64,000 nt of DNA from Albugo candida (lineage: Eukaryota). Shown in pieces: positions 1 to 11,673 of the stretch. The stretch covers positions 310,001 through 374,000 of the forward strand of contig JBDOQK010000013.1 of NCBI GenBank assembly GCA_040437565.1. The letters are read 5' to 3'. The notes under the pieces were generated by a model. That model worked only from the letters and a program-made list of their open reading frames with translations, was not told the DNA's origin and made no database searches. The translations under genes were made by a program, and so were the position numbers. Position 1 is the stretch's first letter; each line of letters opens with the position of its first letter.

Positions 1-754
1 GAATGGAGCCAATATCAATGCCATCAGAAATAGCCAAAAAAATGCCAACAGTACAAATTATTTCAGTAAACAGTATGAAAAAATAGACATGAAGCTATCC
101 ATCCACTTTGTCCGAGCTCCAAATTTGATTCGGAAAATTCGCAAAGATTGGTGCCCAAAGGCATTTTTGGTCTCCTTCAGGTATGATTTACCACAGGAAA
201 CTATGATTGAAACCGCACACAAAGACTTGGAAAAGTATGGGGTAGATGTGATTGCTGGAGTCAACCGCATGGAACATCCGCATCAGATACTTCTGGTCAC
301 TGAACAAGACGAGACGATTCTCACATGTCCGGAGCATGAGGATATTAATGATGCGTTCGCTGCAAGGATTGCAGATTTACATCGTAACTTCTGCAAAATG
401 CGTGCAATACTGCAAAAAGCGAAAGAACTTTTGTTGTTGTCGGCCAAGTTCTGTATGTTGAAGCCTACAGATTTNNNNNNNNNNNNNNNNNNNNNNNNNN
501 NNNNNNNNNNNNNNNNNNNNNNNNNNNNNNNNNNNNNNNNNNNNNNNNNNNNNNNNNNNNNNNNNNNNNNNNNNACCAACCACAGCACTGGCGAGCATAA
601 ATGCAAAGTATGTCAGCAATACGGACACCGTGGACGGGAATGTCACACACAACGTGACGTTGGAATGACCGAGCTGGTGACTTACTTTCGGTATCATGAC
701 TTTTTGTATTACGATACGAATATGAAGGAATCTGTGGAATTTTCGGCCGCTTGA
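1..754 (+). CDS. Phosphopantothenate-cysteine ligase (PPCS/CoaB)-like C-terminal region plus CCHC zinc knuckle; 5'-truncated by window, interrupted by gap
   Basis: The frame is open from base 2. 'PNLIRKIRKDWCPKAFLVSF...AHKDLEKYGVDVIA' resembles eukaryotic PPCS 'PKxLxxLxxxWxPxAFxVSFKLET'. CKVCQQYGHRGREC (CX2CX4HX4C) follows the gap. Confidence 0.6.
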   Translation, partial: NGANINAIRNSQKNANSTNYFSKQYEKIDMKLSIHFVRAPNLIRKIRKDWCPKAFLVSFRYDLPQETMIETAHKDLEKYGVDVIAGVNRMEHPHQILLVTEQDETILTCPEHEDINDAFAARIADLHRNFCKMRAILQKAKELLLLSAKFCMLKPTDXXXXXXXXXXXXXXXXXXXXXXXXXXXXXXXXXXTNHSTGEHKCKVCQQYGHRGRECHTQRDVGMTELVTYFRYHDFLYYDTNMKESVEFSAA

Positions 755-2304
755 CTATTTGTTAGGCTTAATCTCAGTGGCACCAACGTGAGCTACATGT
801 ATCAAAATCAAGTTTGCAAACGTATGGTTGATACCATGTTAGCCAAGACAAGTATAAACGAAATGAGGCTAGACATGTTTGTACTTCTTGCAATATCTAT
901 CCATCAATTGAAAGCCCTCAATCACCATTATTCACCAATTTTATCTCTATACGTTTCCATCTCGTGCAGAGCTTTCCAAAATCCTCCACCCTCAATCAGT
1001 ACACGTGCAGAAAAGAGCGTTTAAACTTGTATGTATGCACCAGATAGTCTAAATGCCTTAGGCGTGGGCCTGCCTATCTAACACGTCTTTGTGGAGATAA
1101 ACGTCGATCCACAATAGCTTTCGACTTCGGGGCAACGTGAGAAAACAATACTTGTCTATGTAGGTTAGCGCATACAGTTCTTGAGTCTGTTTGCTTATCA
1201 AGAAACTAGATGACTACGAGAGACTATCGACATGTTCCCTCAGTTGGCGGATGAGAAGTATGTCGCCACGGCTAAAGATTTGTTTGGTTTCATTGAAGCT
1301 TCTTCTACAGCTGCAGCGGTTATGATTTCTATCAGTCTATCGACTTGACGGACGCCTTCTTTGTATTGCATGCTACTTCTAGTGATTTTTTTGTACTCAT
1401 TCCGCCCATGCTTCTGCGACAGCTATATAACACTTGGAGTAACTCTCGCATTCCTCTTTTTTTCTCACTCAGGTTCGCTTATGATTGTATGGATAGGCAC
1501 ATGCATTTGAAAGTATTTTAATTACGCATCCGCTTTCTAAGATTTTTTTTCATCTAATAAGAGCAACTATTTCCGGTATGGACGAATTGAAATGCTACGA
1601 TTAGGATCGGATTATGGGCTCTTGTTCATTTGGGCATGAAGACGCGAACAAATATGTAACCACAAGCGCAGTATCTTTGGTCCCGCAATATCGCATCTAA
1701 TTAACGAAGCGTCCCGCGCTCGTCGATAATGGTCTAAGGCTCATGCGGCAGCTTGTCTATCATATCGTCTTTGGCTCCACAGCACGTAGGAGGTCATATG
1801 TGGTTGCTTACTCGTCATGCTCTGCTCATGGAAGAAAATGATTAGCATAAGCTTTCAAACTTCTCATCAAGAAAGAATCTTCACTAGGGGATTGATCAGG
1901 AACCTTTATTCACGGCTACATAGGCTGAATTGCTATAGAATATTGCATCCAACCACGACCCTTTTCTGATTGTCAACATCTTCCTCATCAATTGTATGTT
2001 TCTACAGCATCTTCCGAAATCAGAGAATGTCGCGCAACAACCTCTACCAATGTGTTTGATGCGATGGCAAGAATTTGGTTCTATTTTGTAGTTAGAACCA
2101 AAAGGTCGAATAAAAATCATGTGCCGACTCCTCTTGCAAACAAATTTCTGTAGCGCATAGAAAACCATGCGCAAAACAAGCCAGTTGCTACCAAACTGCC
2201 CATTTCTGTGCTCTAAGCGATTGCGAGGGTCTTGACAGTAAAGTGCAAGATCGCGCCCTTGGCGATCAGTAATCGCTTGTGCGTGGACTTGTCAAGCAGA
2301 CGAG

Positions 2305-2580
2305 ATCCATCTTTCTCTCGAATCGGATCATGCGAGTTCCACCCGCTTCCTGACAAACGCTTCCACCAAGGAGATCCCTCAACAACATCGGACATCGGAA
2401 GGAACTACAGAATCAGATGCGTTAACAAATTCAAAAAAATGATGTACCTTGGAATTCCTTAAAGAACGAAAGCGCCGATAGAGCAGTTTAGGACTCATTC
2501 CATACACTTACAGACGTGCGCCAATTTTCACAAGCGGATTCGAATACTTCATTAAAACATTGTACGAATAAGACAAAGAG
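2305..2580 (+). repeat. Degenerate copy of the GSK3 5' region (about 3011-3285)
   Basis: Shared blocks include 'acaaacgcttccacca', 'ggaactacagaatcagatgc', 'cgaaagcgcc' and 'cagacgtgcgcca'. There are many indels, the ATG is lost (ccaagg vs ccatgg), and the copy abuts a gap. Confidence 0.8.
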
Positions 2581-3072
2581 GTAGCNNNNNNNNNNNNNNN
2601 NNNNNNNNNNNNNNNNNNNNNNNNNNNNNNNNNNNNNNNNNNNNNNNNNNNNNNNNNNNNNNNNNNNNNNNNNNNNNNNNNNNNNGTGCTACGGTGGGCT
2701 CGTTGGAAAAAGTGGCGTCTAACAACGTGCACTCATCGTTACAAAAGAGATGCGGGAATGTGGGGATCAACGTATTGGGAATATCTTCGCAAATCCACAA
2801 ACTGGAAAGAGTGGAACGTTAAACACATTCCAATGCGATTTCGAATCAAGTAACAAGCTTAGAACGTGTACCGATAGAATGGTTCACAACCAATGTGATG
2901 GTACCATGTCAAGGTTTTGCTGTATTGAGTGAGGTTTTTTTGTGCTGCGATCCATTGGAAAGGCAAATCTCATTAAAAATCGACCAAAATAGTGTGACTT
3001 ACTAGAGTGCTCCATCTTTTTTGCGAATCGGATCGGGCAAGTTCCACCTCCTTCCTCACAAACGCTTCCACC

Positions 3073-4742
3073 ATGGAAGCTCCCTCAACAACATCGCAAG
3101 GAACTACAGAATCAGATGCATTGACTAATTCAAAAACTGAAAATGATGTACCACGGAAAACCGCAAAAAACGAAAGCGCCAAAATAGCAGTTGAGGACTC
3201 ATGTCATACACTTTCAGACGTGCGCCACTTTTTCACAAGCGGACTTGGATCACTTTTAAAAACTTGTATCAATAGGGAAAAACAATTCATTACTCTGCCG
3301 AACGAATCATTGGGAATGGATCATTTGGCGTTGTCTTTCAGGCATGAGACGAACAGCGGGATTTGATTTATTTCAGCGCTAATCGATCGAATGATTGTAG
3401 GCTATCGTCGAAGAAACTGGAGAAATTGTGGCGATCAAAAAGGTTTTACAAGATAAGCGATTTAAGGTGTGTTTATTTGTCAGGTTGGTTAGAACTATTT
3501 TTGTAATGATTGGAATCGCAGAATCGAGAATTACAAATTATGAAACAATTACATCATGTCAATATCGTACAACTGAAGCACTGCTTTTACTGTAATGGAG
3601 AAAAGGTTGATACAATTCGTATTTTCGAGTCATTTGGTAGACTCACTTCATACCGCAGGCAGATGAATTATATCTAAATCTGGTTTTGGAGTTTATTCCT
3701 GATACGGTGTATGGCGTAGCGCGACAGCTACAGAAATCCAAACAGTACATGCCTATATTACTGGTCAAACTATACATATATCAAATATGTCGAGCATTGG
3801 CGTACTTGCACTCTGTCGGTATTTGTCATCGCGATATAAAACCGCAAAATCTTCTATTAGACCCGCAGAGTCATGTTGTCAAGCTCTGTGATTTTGGGAG
3901 TGCAAAAGTTTTGCAACCGAATGAACCGAACGTGTCGTATATCTGCTCTCGGTATTACCGTGCACCAGAGCTTATATTTGGAGCCACAGATTACACAACC
4001 GCAATAGGTAGCGATCCATACTTGAATTTTTGTTGTCGTCAAATGTCAATGTGTACTTGTTGTCAAGATATCTGGTCCTTAGGATGTGTATTTGCAGAGT
4101 TGCTCCTGGGTCAGCCGTTGTTTCCCGGAGAAAGTGGAGTAGATCAACTGGTAGAGATAATCAAAGTACTTGGTACACCAAAGCGTGAAGAAATAGAAGC
4201 GATGAATCCAAATTACACAGAATTTCAATTTCCTCAAATAAAGGCACATTCATGGAATAAAATCTTTCGTTCGCGAACACCCTCTGAAGCTATTGACCTG
4301 ATGTCCAAAATGCTTTTCTACGATCCAAAAAGGTATCTTGCAATCTCAATACTTGATACAGCCTGTCGCATCGAAGGCTAATCGTTACAATTCTGCAGAC
4401 GTATTCATCCATTAGAAGCTTGCGCGCACCCATTTTTCGATGAATTACGCTCAGAGGGTATTGCGCTTCCCAATAATGTCCCACTACCTCCATTGTTCAA
4501 CTTTTCATCACACGGTTTGTCAACGATCGAGAAAAAAACATTGCTGGATTCTTACTATTTCTTCGACTATAGAATTGTCTCAAGTGAATCCAGTGACACG
4601 AGAAATATTAGTTCCACCACACCAGCGCAGGCATAGCTGGCCTGGACCTCCAGATGGAATGTGTACAGAGAATCGAACTTCAGTTTGCTTGGATGCCGCC
4701 GCAATGCATGGAGATGAAAAACCGCCCATGACATCTTCGTGA
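3073..4742 (+). CDS. GSK3: Glycogen synthase kinase-3 / shaggy-like kinase, 8 exons
   Basis: The spliced product reads [64 protein letters not shown]. Introns are at about 3220-3275, 3342-3400 (GC-AG), 3467-3521, 3606-3658, 4008-4067, 4333-4398 and 4515-4572. Confidence 0.97.
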
Positions 4743-4884
4743 AGTTGATATTGGAATTCATAGCAATTCGGTATACTAGTGCCAGGCACGCGGAAGATCA
4801 TAGCCTGCTAATGGAATAGAGTCGCATGTCAATCGTATATATTATAAAGAAGATCAGTACACGCTTCTCAACAAAGCAGGTCAT

Positions 4885-7800
4885 TCAGTACCTAGAGCAC
4901 GACGTGCCGCACAAAACTCTACATAGTAACGTCTCTCGAAACTCTGGAACTGGAATGCATCCTCTATCGACATCCGCGACATATTCGAGTTGTAAAAAAC
5001 CCGAGCGATTGACACCACCTTCTTTTTCATCATCTGCTCGCTCCCAGCGGACAGGCAATTTCCATCCTGGTATGCCTTCTTCACCTTTGGCCCACGAGAA
5101 AGATTGGTTCTGCCAGTTCTCACCCGGCTCTGCGATAGCCAATTGCACCAAGAGCTTTGTCATCTCTCTTTCATCCCACACAGATAGATCCAGGCTGTAG
5201 AAGCGTTCCGGATGCATGGGATTTATGATGTTGAGCCATCCCAACTGAGTCGCACAGAGATGTACTTCGTCTTTCGACAGCAATGGATCCAATATACGTA
5301 GACCGAACTGATCAATGTCAAGGAGATGTGGAAACAGGACTCGGATCGTTTCGACTTTTGCATTGAATTCTCTTGGCATACAGCGTATTATTTTGGCTGC
5401 TTGAGCACATGAGAACCAACGTTCCGAAATTGCGGTTTCTATTCCAATGATTTTCATCCGAACACTCTCAATCGTTGGATTCGACATGGTGAATTGTGCA
5501 AGGGATTTCTTCCAGCTTTCGTTGAGGAACGGCATGGATGCTCGTTTACCAACACGACCTTTGATCTTGGCAAGGAGTGGCTTATTCGAACGGCCGAGTT
5601 TGAGGTTCAATGGTTCTGATACCTTTTTTGGAGCTTCAGTGATTTGGTATGGAAGCCGAGACTGCTTACGCAATAACGGGCCAGCATTCGCCAAAGTGGA
5701 TCGACGCATCGATTTGCTGACCATTCTTATGTCATCAAGCGCAATTTTTTTCTCAAGTGGATCAGCTAGATTCACTTGTGCTTCTGATACCGAGTTTGAG
5801 CTCGAAACCGCAAGATTTTGCTGGAGTGGATCTTCTGGTCGAAGTATGTCGATCAATTGTTTGAAACGCTGGTCACTGATCGCTACAGCATCCCGTTGTG
5901 GTCGCTTCGTGCTCACATAGTCAAAGCATAGCTTTCCGCGTGTGGGCATGACGTGTAGAAATGAGGTGGTATAGACAAACGGTTTTCCATCCAGTCGTTC
6001 ATTCCGAAAATTCTCCCAGTTTCCATGCTGAGATGTATCCGATCGACCTGAACGATGCCTTGAAAACTCCTTCTCACTTTGAGCAATTCCAGCTAGCTTT
6101 GAAAGCGTCAGTCGATCCTGGCTTCTGCATAGGTCCAGCTCATAGTGAGCTGTAGGATTCCCGATCATGATGGAATACAAGCTCCCCATTTGAGCCTTGA
6201 ATAGACAGCGTTCTTTTGATGTCAGCGTCTGCGAGACAAGTCTCCGAGTATCTTTTGTGGTGAGCATTTGTGGAAGAAGCATGGACAGCATCATCAATTT
6301 ACGCTCTTCTTGACACAGGCCGTCACATGCTTCCATTATCCGATACGCCTGAGACGCTGTGAATTGTAATTCAGAGTCATGAATTGCCACCATCAACATC
6401 TCATCCATCTTGGCTTTTGTGGATCCATGGAAAAGTATGTTGTCAATTAATTGACCGAGTCCATCGTCGGGAATCCTGGACGACCATCGAGCTTCCTCTG
6501 TATCACCGATCGATTGTCTTGTGCACATAAAATCAATTTCAAGACTTCCATCTTCCGGTACGTGCCAAGGTAAATGGGTACTGGCATCCAGCAGCTGCAT
6601 TCTTTCATTATTCGGATTGCCTCGGTCAAACCCACTCAAAGTGGACGCTAAGACCTCATCCAGAAGCCTCTCTTTCATGAATTCGACGAATTCAGCTCCT
6701 TCTATCTCACCATCGCCACTCAAGTCATATCGAGAAACTGCTTCACGAACATCCTTATCGTCAACATTCTCGATGCCAAGATACCTGAAAGCTCTTTTGA
6801 GTTCATTAAAGTCGATTCTCCCGCAATGATTAGTATCGATAAAGTCGAAAATAGCTTGGATCATAAACGTGGTGTACTCGACCTTGTCGACACTTTGATC
6901 GGGCTCAAGTCCCTGCAATACGTTGGCCAAATCTTGATCACTGGGAGATAGACCTACTTTGTTTAGTGCACTGATAACCGCTTTATAGTCGATGGTGCCG
7001 GAAGGACTGAGGCTGATATCACTGAAAAGAGAATCGAGTCCGCGAGAGGCTGTAGAAGACGACATATCCGCTTTACCTTTCTTGGCATTGGCATTCATGA
7101 GCACTTTGCTATCCAAGGCTGTTCTTCGACGCGCGCGGTAGTTACTTAAGACTAAATGAATCGCACGCTTTTTTACGCCTTCTCCCTCCATGGAAGAAGT
7201 TCGGGTCCTGGTACTTTTATTATTTCGGATTGTATGTTCCAATCTTATGAAGTGGCATCCTTTGCGGTCGGTTGCTAGCCGCAATAGCTCCATAGCGATC
7301 ATTCTATCATAAGGATCGGGCATAGACAGAAAGTAGCGGCCAGTAGGCTCCTGTGGGTTGAATACTCTTGCTGATTCTTTGGTGTAAACGGGATAATTTG
7401 GCATGTTTATGGTTTCCTGGTGCGTAATTGGAGACGCTGAAAAGAAGACTTTGGTGCTTCGGGCAAAATTTGCCGAAGACGATTGACTGTCGTTAGAGCT
7501 CGCCGGTCGCTGATCATGTGAAGAATGTATGGCGAACATGCTCAAACTGCACTCATTCATACTGATTTTGCATTTCGAATGAGCACGGCGATGGCATGTG
7601 GCAAACATTAGCGCTTGTCCACCCTCCCGGCGGATATCATTTCCGTCCAAATGCAAATTCTCCAGAATTGTATTCTTACGCAATACGTTCGCCAATACCA
7701 TCGCTCCTTTATACCCGATGCTGTTGTATGACACGTTCAGCATCTTTAGCGTTCTATTTTGACGTAATGCTTCGCCAAACATCATTGCTCCAGCATCCCC

Positions 7801-9266
7801 ACAGGGATTGTATGCCACATCGAGACGTTCTAGGAACTTGTTTTTTCCAAGCGCACGGGCTAGCCGTAGACTCGAATCGAGACGCAGATAGTTCCAAGAC
7901 AAATCAAGATGAATCAAGGCGCAATTTTTCTCAAGAACATTTGCAATTGCATCTCCTCCTGTACGAAAATCGGGCTGCGTCATTTTCAGATGCTCTAATT
8001 GACCGATTTCATTACGACTCATATGAAGCACTTTTATAGATGTACGAGAAGAGAATGCACTCATCAACAAAGTACAATCGCGATCAGAAATGGCCATTTG
8101 ATTCATCGCTAGTGTCTCCAAGCGGCAATTCTCACTAGCTATGTGATAACGTAGCCTTTCGGCGCTTCGAGGGCCGTATTTGTTCTGCGACATATCCAGT
8201 TTTCGCATCGAATGAGCATCATTCTGAGTGATCGCCTCCAAGATCGAGTACAAGCCATTATCACTAAGACGATTATCTCGTAGGATCATTTCTTCGACTA
8301 AAGGGAGCTGTTGCGTCAAAGACTTTGCGAATTCTACAATCACTTCATCTCCAAGAGACTGGAACGAAAAGTCTAGGACTCGAATGGACTCGATTGACGC
8401 TGAGATTGGAATAGCCAAGTACGGTTTTGCTACGCAAGGCGCTAACATCAGTGACCGAGCTGGTACTTTATGCGCAAGATCTGGAATATGGGATGATGTA
8501 GATGCCAGGGTAATTGGATTTGATGACACGCTACTCGGTTTCGGCCCGAGGAGTGAATCCGCTTTACAATGAAATATGCTTGAGGATATGCCTGTGGACA
8601 AGTATGGACGTGAAGTTAATCGACGATATCGTTGAATTAAGCCCGTTTAAGCTACCCCTCAAACGCTTTTCTTGATCCTTCACACCGGATGCATACGCTT
8701 CGTGCTCGGCGTTACGATAAGAAAGTATTTCTTTCGATCCACTCCATTCTTCCAGCTGTCATATCGATATTAGTATGAGCCTGCAAGATTCATGGAAGTA
8801 GTTCAACTCTAACCGAGTGTCGGTCATCCTTCTGCACGGAATCAGAAAATGTATCAGTCTGCGGATATTTCGTCTGAGAACTTTCATAGAGGTGTAAGCT
8901 TGATTTTTTTCTTCGAGATCGATCATCGGGGAAGATGGGAGATAATATACTAGTATTTTTCTCGCCTTGAAGCTGCGGATGACGCTCACTCTCTGGTATT
9001 CTATCGGTCTCAACGCATCCCAAAAGACCAATCTCCAAGAAAGAAGTTGGTGATACGCTGTTTGCTAAGTTCTGGTCGCTATGAATGAACTTCGTGTTTA
9101 TAATTTCTATATCGTCGTCTGGAATAAGCTGGAATTGACGTGGAAACCTCTTTTTGAGACTCACTGGCCCAAGTCCAGCAAGCCCAAGAGATGCTTTATT
9201 CGGTGCGATGAACCCGCCTTGTTTCCATGACTCGAGTCTGTGGAAATCAAAGTCTTCGTCCGCCAT
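4885..9266 (-). CDS. Large ribonuclease-inhibitor-type LRR protein with EF-hands and repeated C-terminal modules
   Basis: A 1238-aa ORF carries LxxLxLxxNx LRRs and EF-hands DTNHCGRIDFNEL and DLSGDGEIEGAEF. The upstream ORF 8790-9266 (ATG) can be joined through short GT-AG introns near 8590-8655 and about 8757-8810. Confidence 0.85.
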
Positions 9267-9424
9267 TTAAAAGCGGAAGGAGAATATGAACTGCTTCAGG
9301 CGTAACTGTCTCACATAAGTTTAAACGTCACCGACGGAAATCGGAGTTTAAGGGTTGCGTGGTGAAGAACTCAGTGTGTGGTAAATAAAAGTACAAATAT
9401 GAGCGAGTTGATTTCAAGTGCATT

Positions 9425-9922
9425 TCATATACTTATGACACGTTCGGCCGGCGCGGAATTCTTGACAGAACGTATGTGATGGGGAGGCCAAATGACAGCC
9501 ATTACTCTGGAGTCTATCAGCGCTAAGGGTATGGGGCCGAATGAAGAACTGTCATCACTATGTTGGCTATTATCACCTTCGACCCAGCATTTTCCACGAG
9601 GAATCACATGGCGATGACCGTGTTTATCTTCTAGTAAATCCCCCTCTAGAGCTACCAACCTTTTCACTAGATATTCCCCTTCTTCCGATGGGGACGCCAG
9701 TACCACAACGTCTCCCCGTTTGTATCGATGACGCATTTGTATCGAGAATTTGTCAAGTAGCACTCGATCTCTGACACTGTTGTCTTCAACTCCATCATTC
9801 AGTACAGGTTGCATGGACCTTCCCTTTGTAGAGGCCACACTAACAAACAAATCGTTAACAGTGATGCCAACTGGAACCCAAAGGAGCGATTTCATAGCCG
9901 TCTGCCACCGTAAGAACGACAT
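9425..9922 (-). CDS. IMP2: Mitochondrial inner membrane protease subunit 2-like (peptidase S26)
   Basis: GRSMQP (catalytic Ser), RGDVVVL, LVKR (catalytic Lys), GKCWVEGDN..SDDS..FGPIPLALI..WPP. Confidence 0.9.
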   Translation of the reverse strand: MSFLRWQTAMKSLLWVPVGITVNDLFVSVASTKGRSMQPVLNDGVEDNSVRDRVLLDKFSIQMRHRYKRGDVVVLASPSEEGEYLVKRLVALEGDLLEDKHGHRHVIPRGKCWVEGDNSQHSDDSSSFGPIPLALIDSRVMAVIWPPHHIRSVKNSAPAERVISI

Positions 9923-10251
9923 ATCTCTTTGAATGGCTATAAAAGCACAACGGATTGCAAGTGTGGCGCAAAGATTTCATGCAGAATCAGTATGGTAAAT
10001 TACAAATGTGTTCAATAGCTACATCATAGCTAACGCTGTCTGCTTACAGCAGTCTTTGTACTGTTCGCACACAAACCAGTGTTTACTGCTGTTCATCATC
10101 ACATAAAAGGAGTCCCAATAATAGAGTGAATGTTTTTAGAAACTTCATGTGAGCGATTCGGCTTTCTTTTAAACTGTTTTTTAGTATATCGGCACGTCTT
10201 CAGTCTCCTTTACCGGTCTATTTCTTGACAAATCTTTTCTACAATTTGAAT

Positions 10252-11629
10252 ATGAGCGTTTCGGAGTGTGAAGGTGCCATATGACCTCTTTCAGAGTAGC
10301 GACTCAATACTGATATTTAGACTGTAGAGTTCATTCAGCTTTTTCATGAACTAAAAGACAGCGTGTTGCAAATCCTGAAGGAGGATATGGACATGCCACA
10401 AGACGCGATTGAGTGGATACGAGAAGTTATGGAGTATAATTGTCTTGGTGGCAAGCTAAATCGCGGTCTTCTTGTGGTCGAGTGGTTTGTATTCTTCTCT
10501 TTACGCTAGATGAGAAATTCTGACAAGACTGTCATCAGTGCAAAAAGTCTGTTTGATGTGGAATTGTCGCCTGAAATGAAGCGGAAGGCTAATATTTTGG
10601 GCTGGTGCATTGAGTGGGTGCAAGCATTCTTCCTTATCGCTGATGATATAATGGATAACTCCTCCATGCGGCGCGGTCAATCATGCTGGTACAAGCTTCC
10701 CAAAGTAGGCTGTCTATCTTGACATGACGTCATCTCGACTAATGAGCATGCTACAAGGTGGAATTGACAGCAGTCAATGATGCCTTTTTGTTGGAATCAT
10801 TTGTATTTCGCATACTCCGGTTGCATTTCCAGGGAGAAACCACTTACACAGATATCGTCCATTTATTTCAGGATGTAAGTTGACATTGCTCACAACGTCT
10901 CGTGAGTCTTTATGCTGACATGACGACGGCAGACGATACAAAGGACGGAAATGGGTCAGCTGCTTGATCTGACAGCACAGCCTCTAAATGCTCCTTCCGA
11001 CTTGAGTCGATTTACCATGGAACGGTCAGTCTTTGCAATACAAACAGATATTCTTTTTCTAAGCGCATTTTTATACAAGGTACCGCAAGATTGTCAGATA
11101 CAAGACAGCTTACTATACGTTTTATTTGCCATTGGCCTGCGCTATGTTGCTCCGGTAAGGAAGTTGTGTGATGCATTCTGATAGTATCAGCTTACAAATT
11201 CGTATGTTTGCGTAACTTAGTGGAATAATTGATGAGCCTTCACACCAAGCAGCTCAAGATATTTGTTTGGAACTTGGGGAATATTTTCAAATCCAAGATG
11301 ACTTTTTAGATTGTTTTGGGGATGAACATGTTATCGGTAAAGTTGGCACGGATATCCAAGATAACAAATGCAGCTGGCTCATAGTGCAAGCATTGATCCA
11401 GGCAAACGGGGAACAACGAGAGCTTTTGAAAGAACATTATGGAAGCTCTGCGGAAGAGTCTGTGGCAAAAGTCAAGGAATTGTATAGATGCTTGAATCTT
11501 GTTGAGCTGTATCACGAGTTTGAGCAGAAATTCTATGCAAAAATCAATCAGCGAATAGCTGAGGTAGAGCAAATGCCATCTCAAGTCTTTAAGGTGATGG
11601 TCAAGAAGATTTTCAAACGCAAAAAATGA
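10252..11629 (+). CDS. FPPS: Farnesyl diphosphate synthase, multi-exon
   Basis: Exons give GGKLNRG, FFLIADDIMD..RRGQSCWY (first Asp-rich motif preceded by FF), GQLLDL, YFQIQDDFLD..GKVGTDIQDNKCSW and C-terminal KIFKRKK. Confidence 0.95.
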
Positions 11630-11673
11630 GAAAGGTTACATTGGAATGCGTAGGACAGAAGCACAAATACAGT

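Noticed and set aside
1232..1320. Short ORF 'TAKDLFGFIEASSTAAAV', vaguely like the M18 aspartyl aminopeptidase N-terminus
   Set aside because: It is too short, the SPTPFHA motif is absent, and no downstream exons were found.
5447..8572. Several + strand ORFs of 100-157 aa
   Set aside because: These are antisense shadows of the long minus-strand LRR gene.
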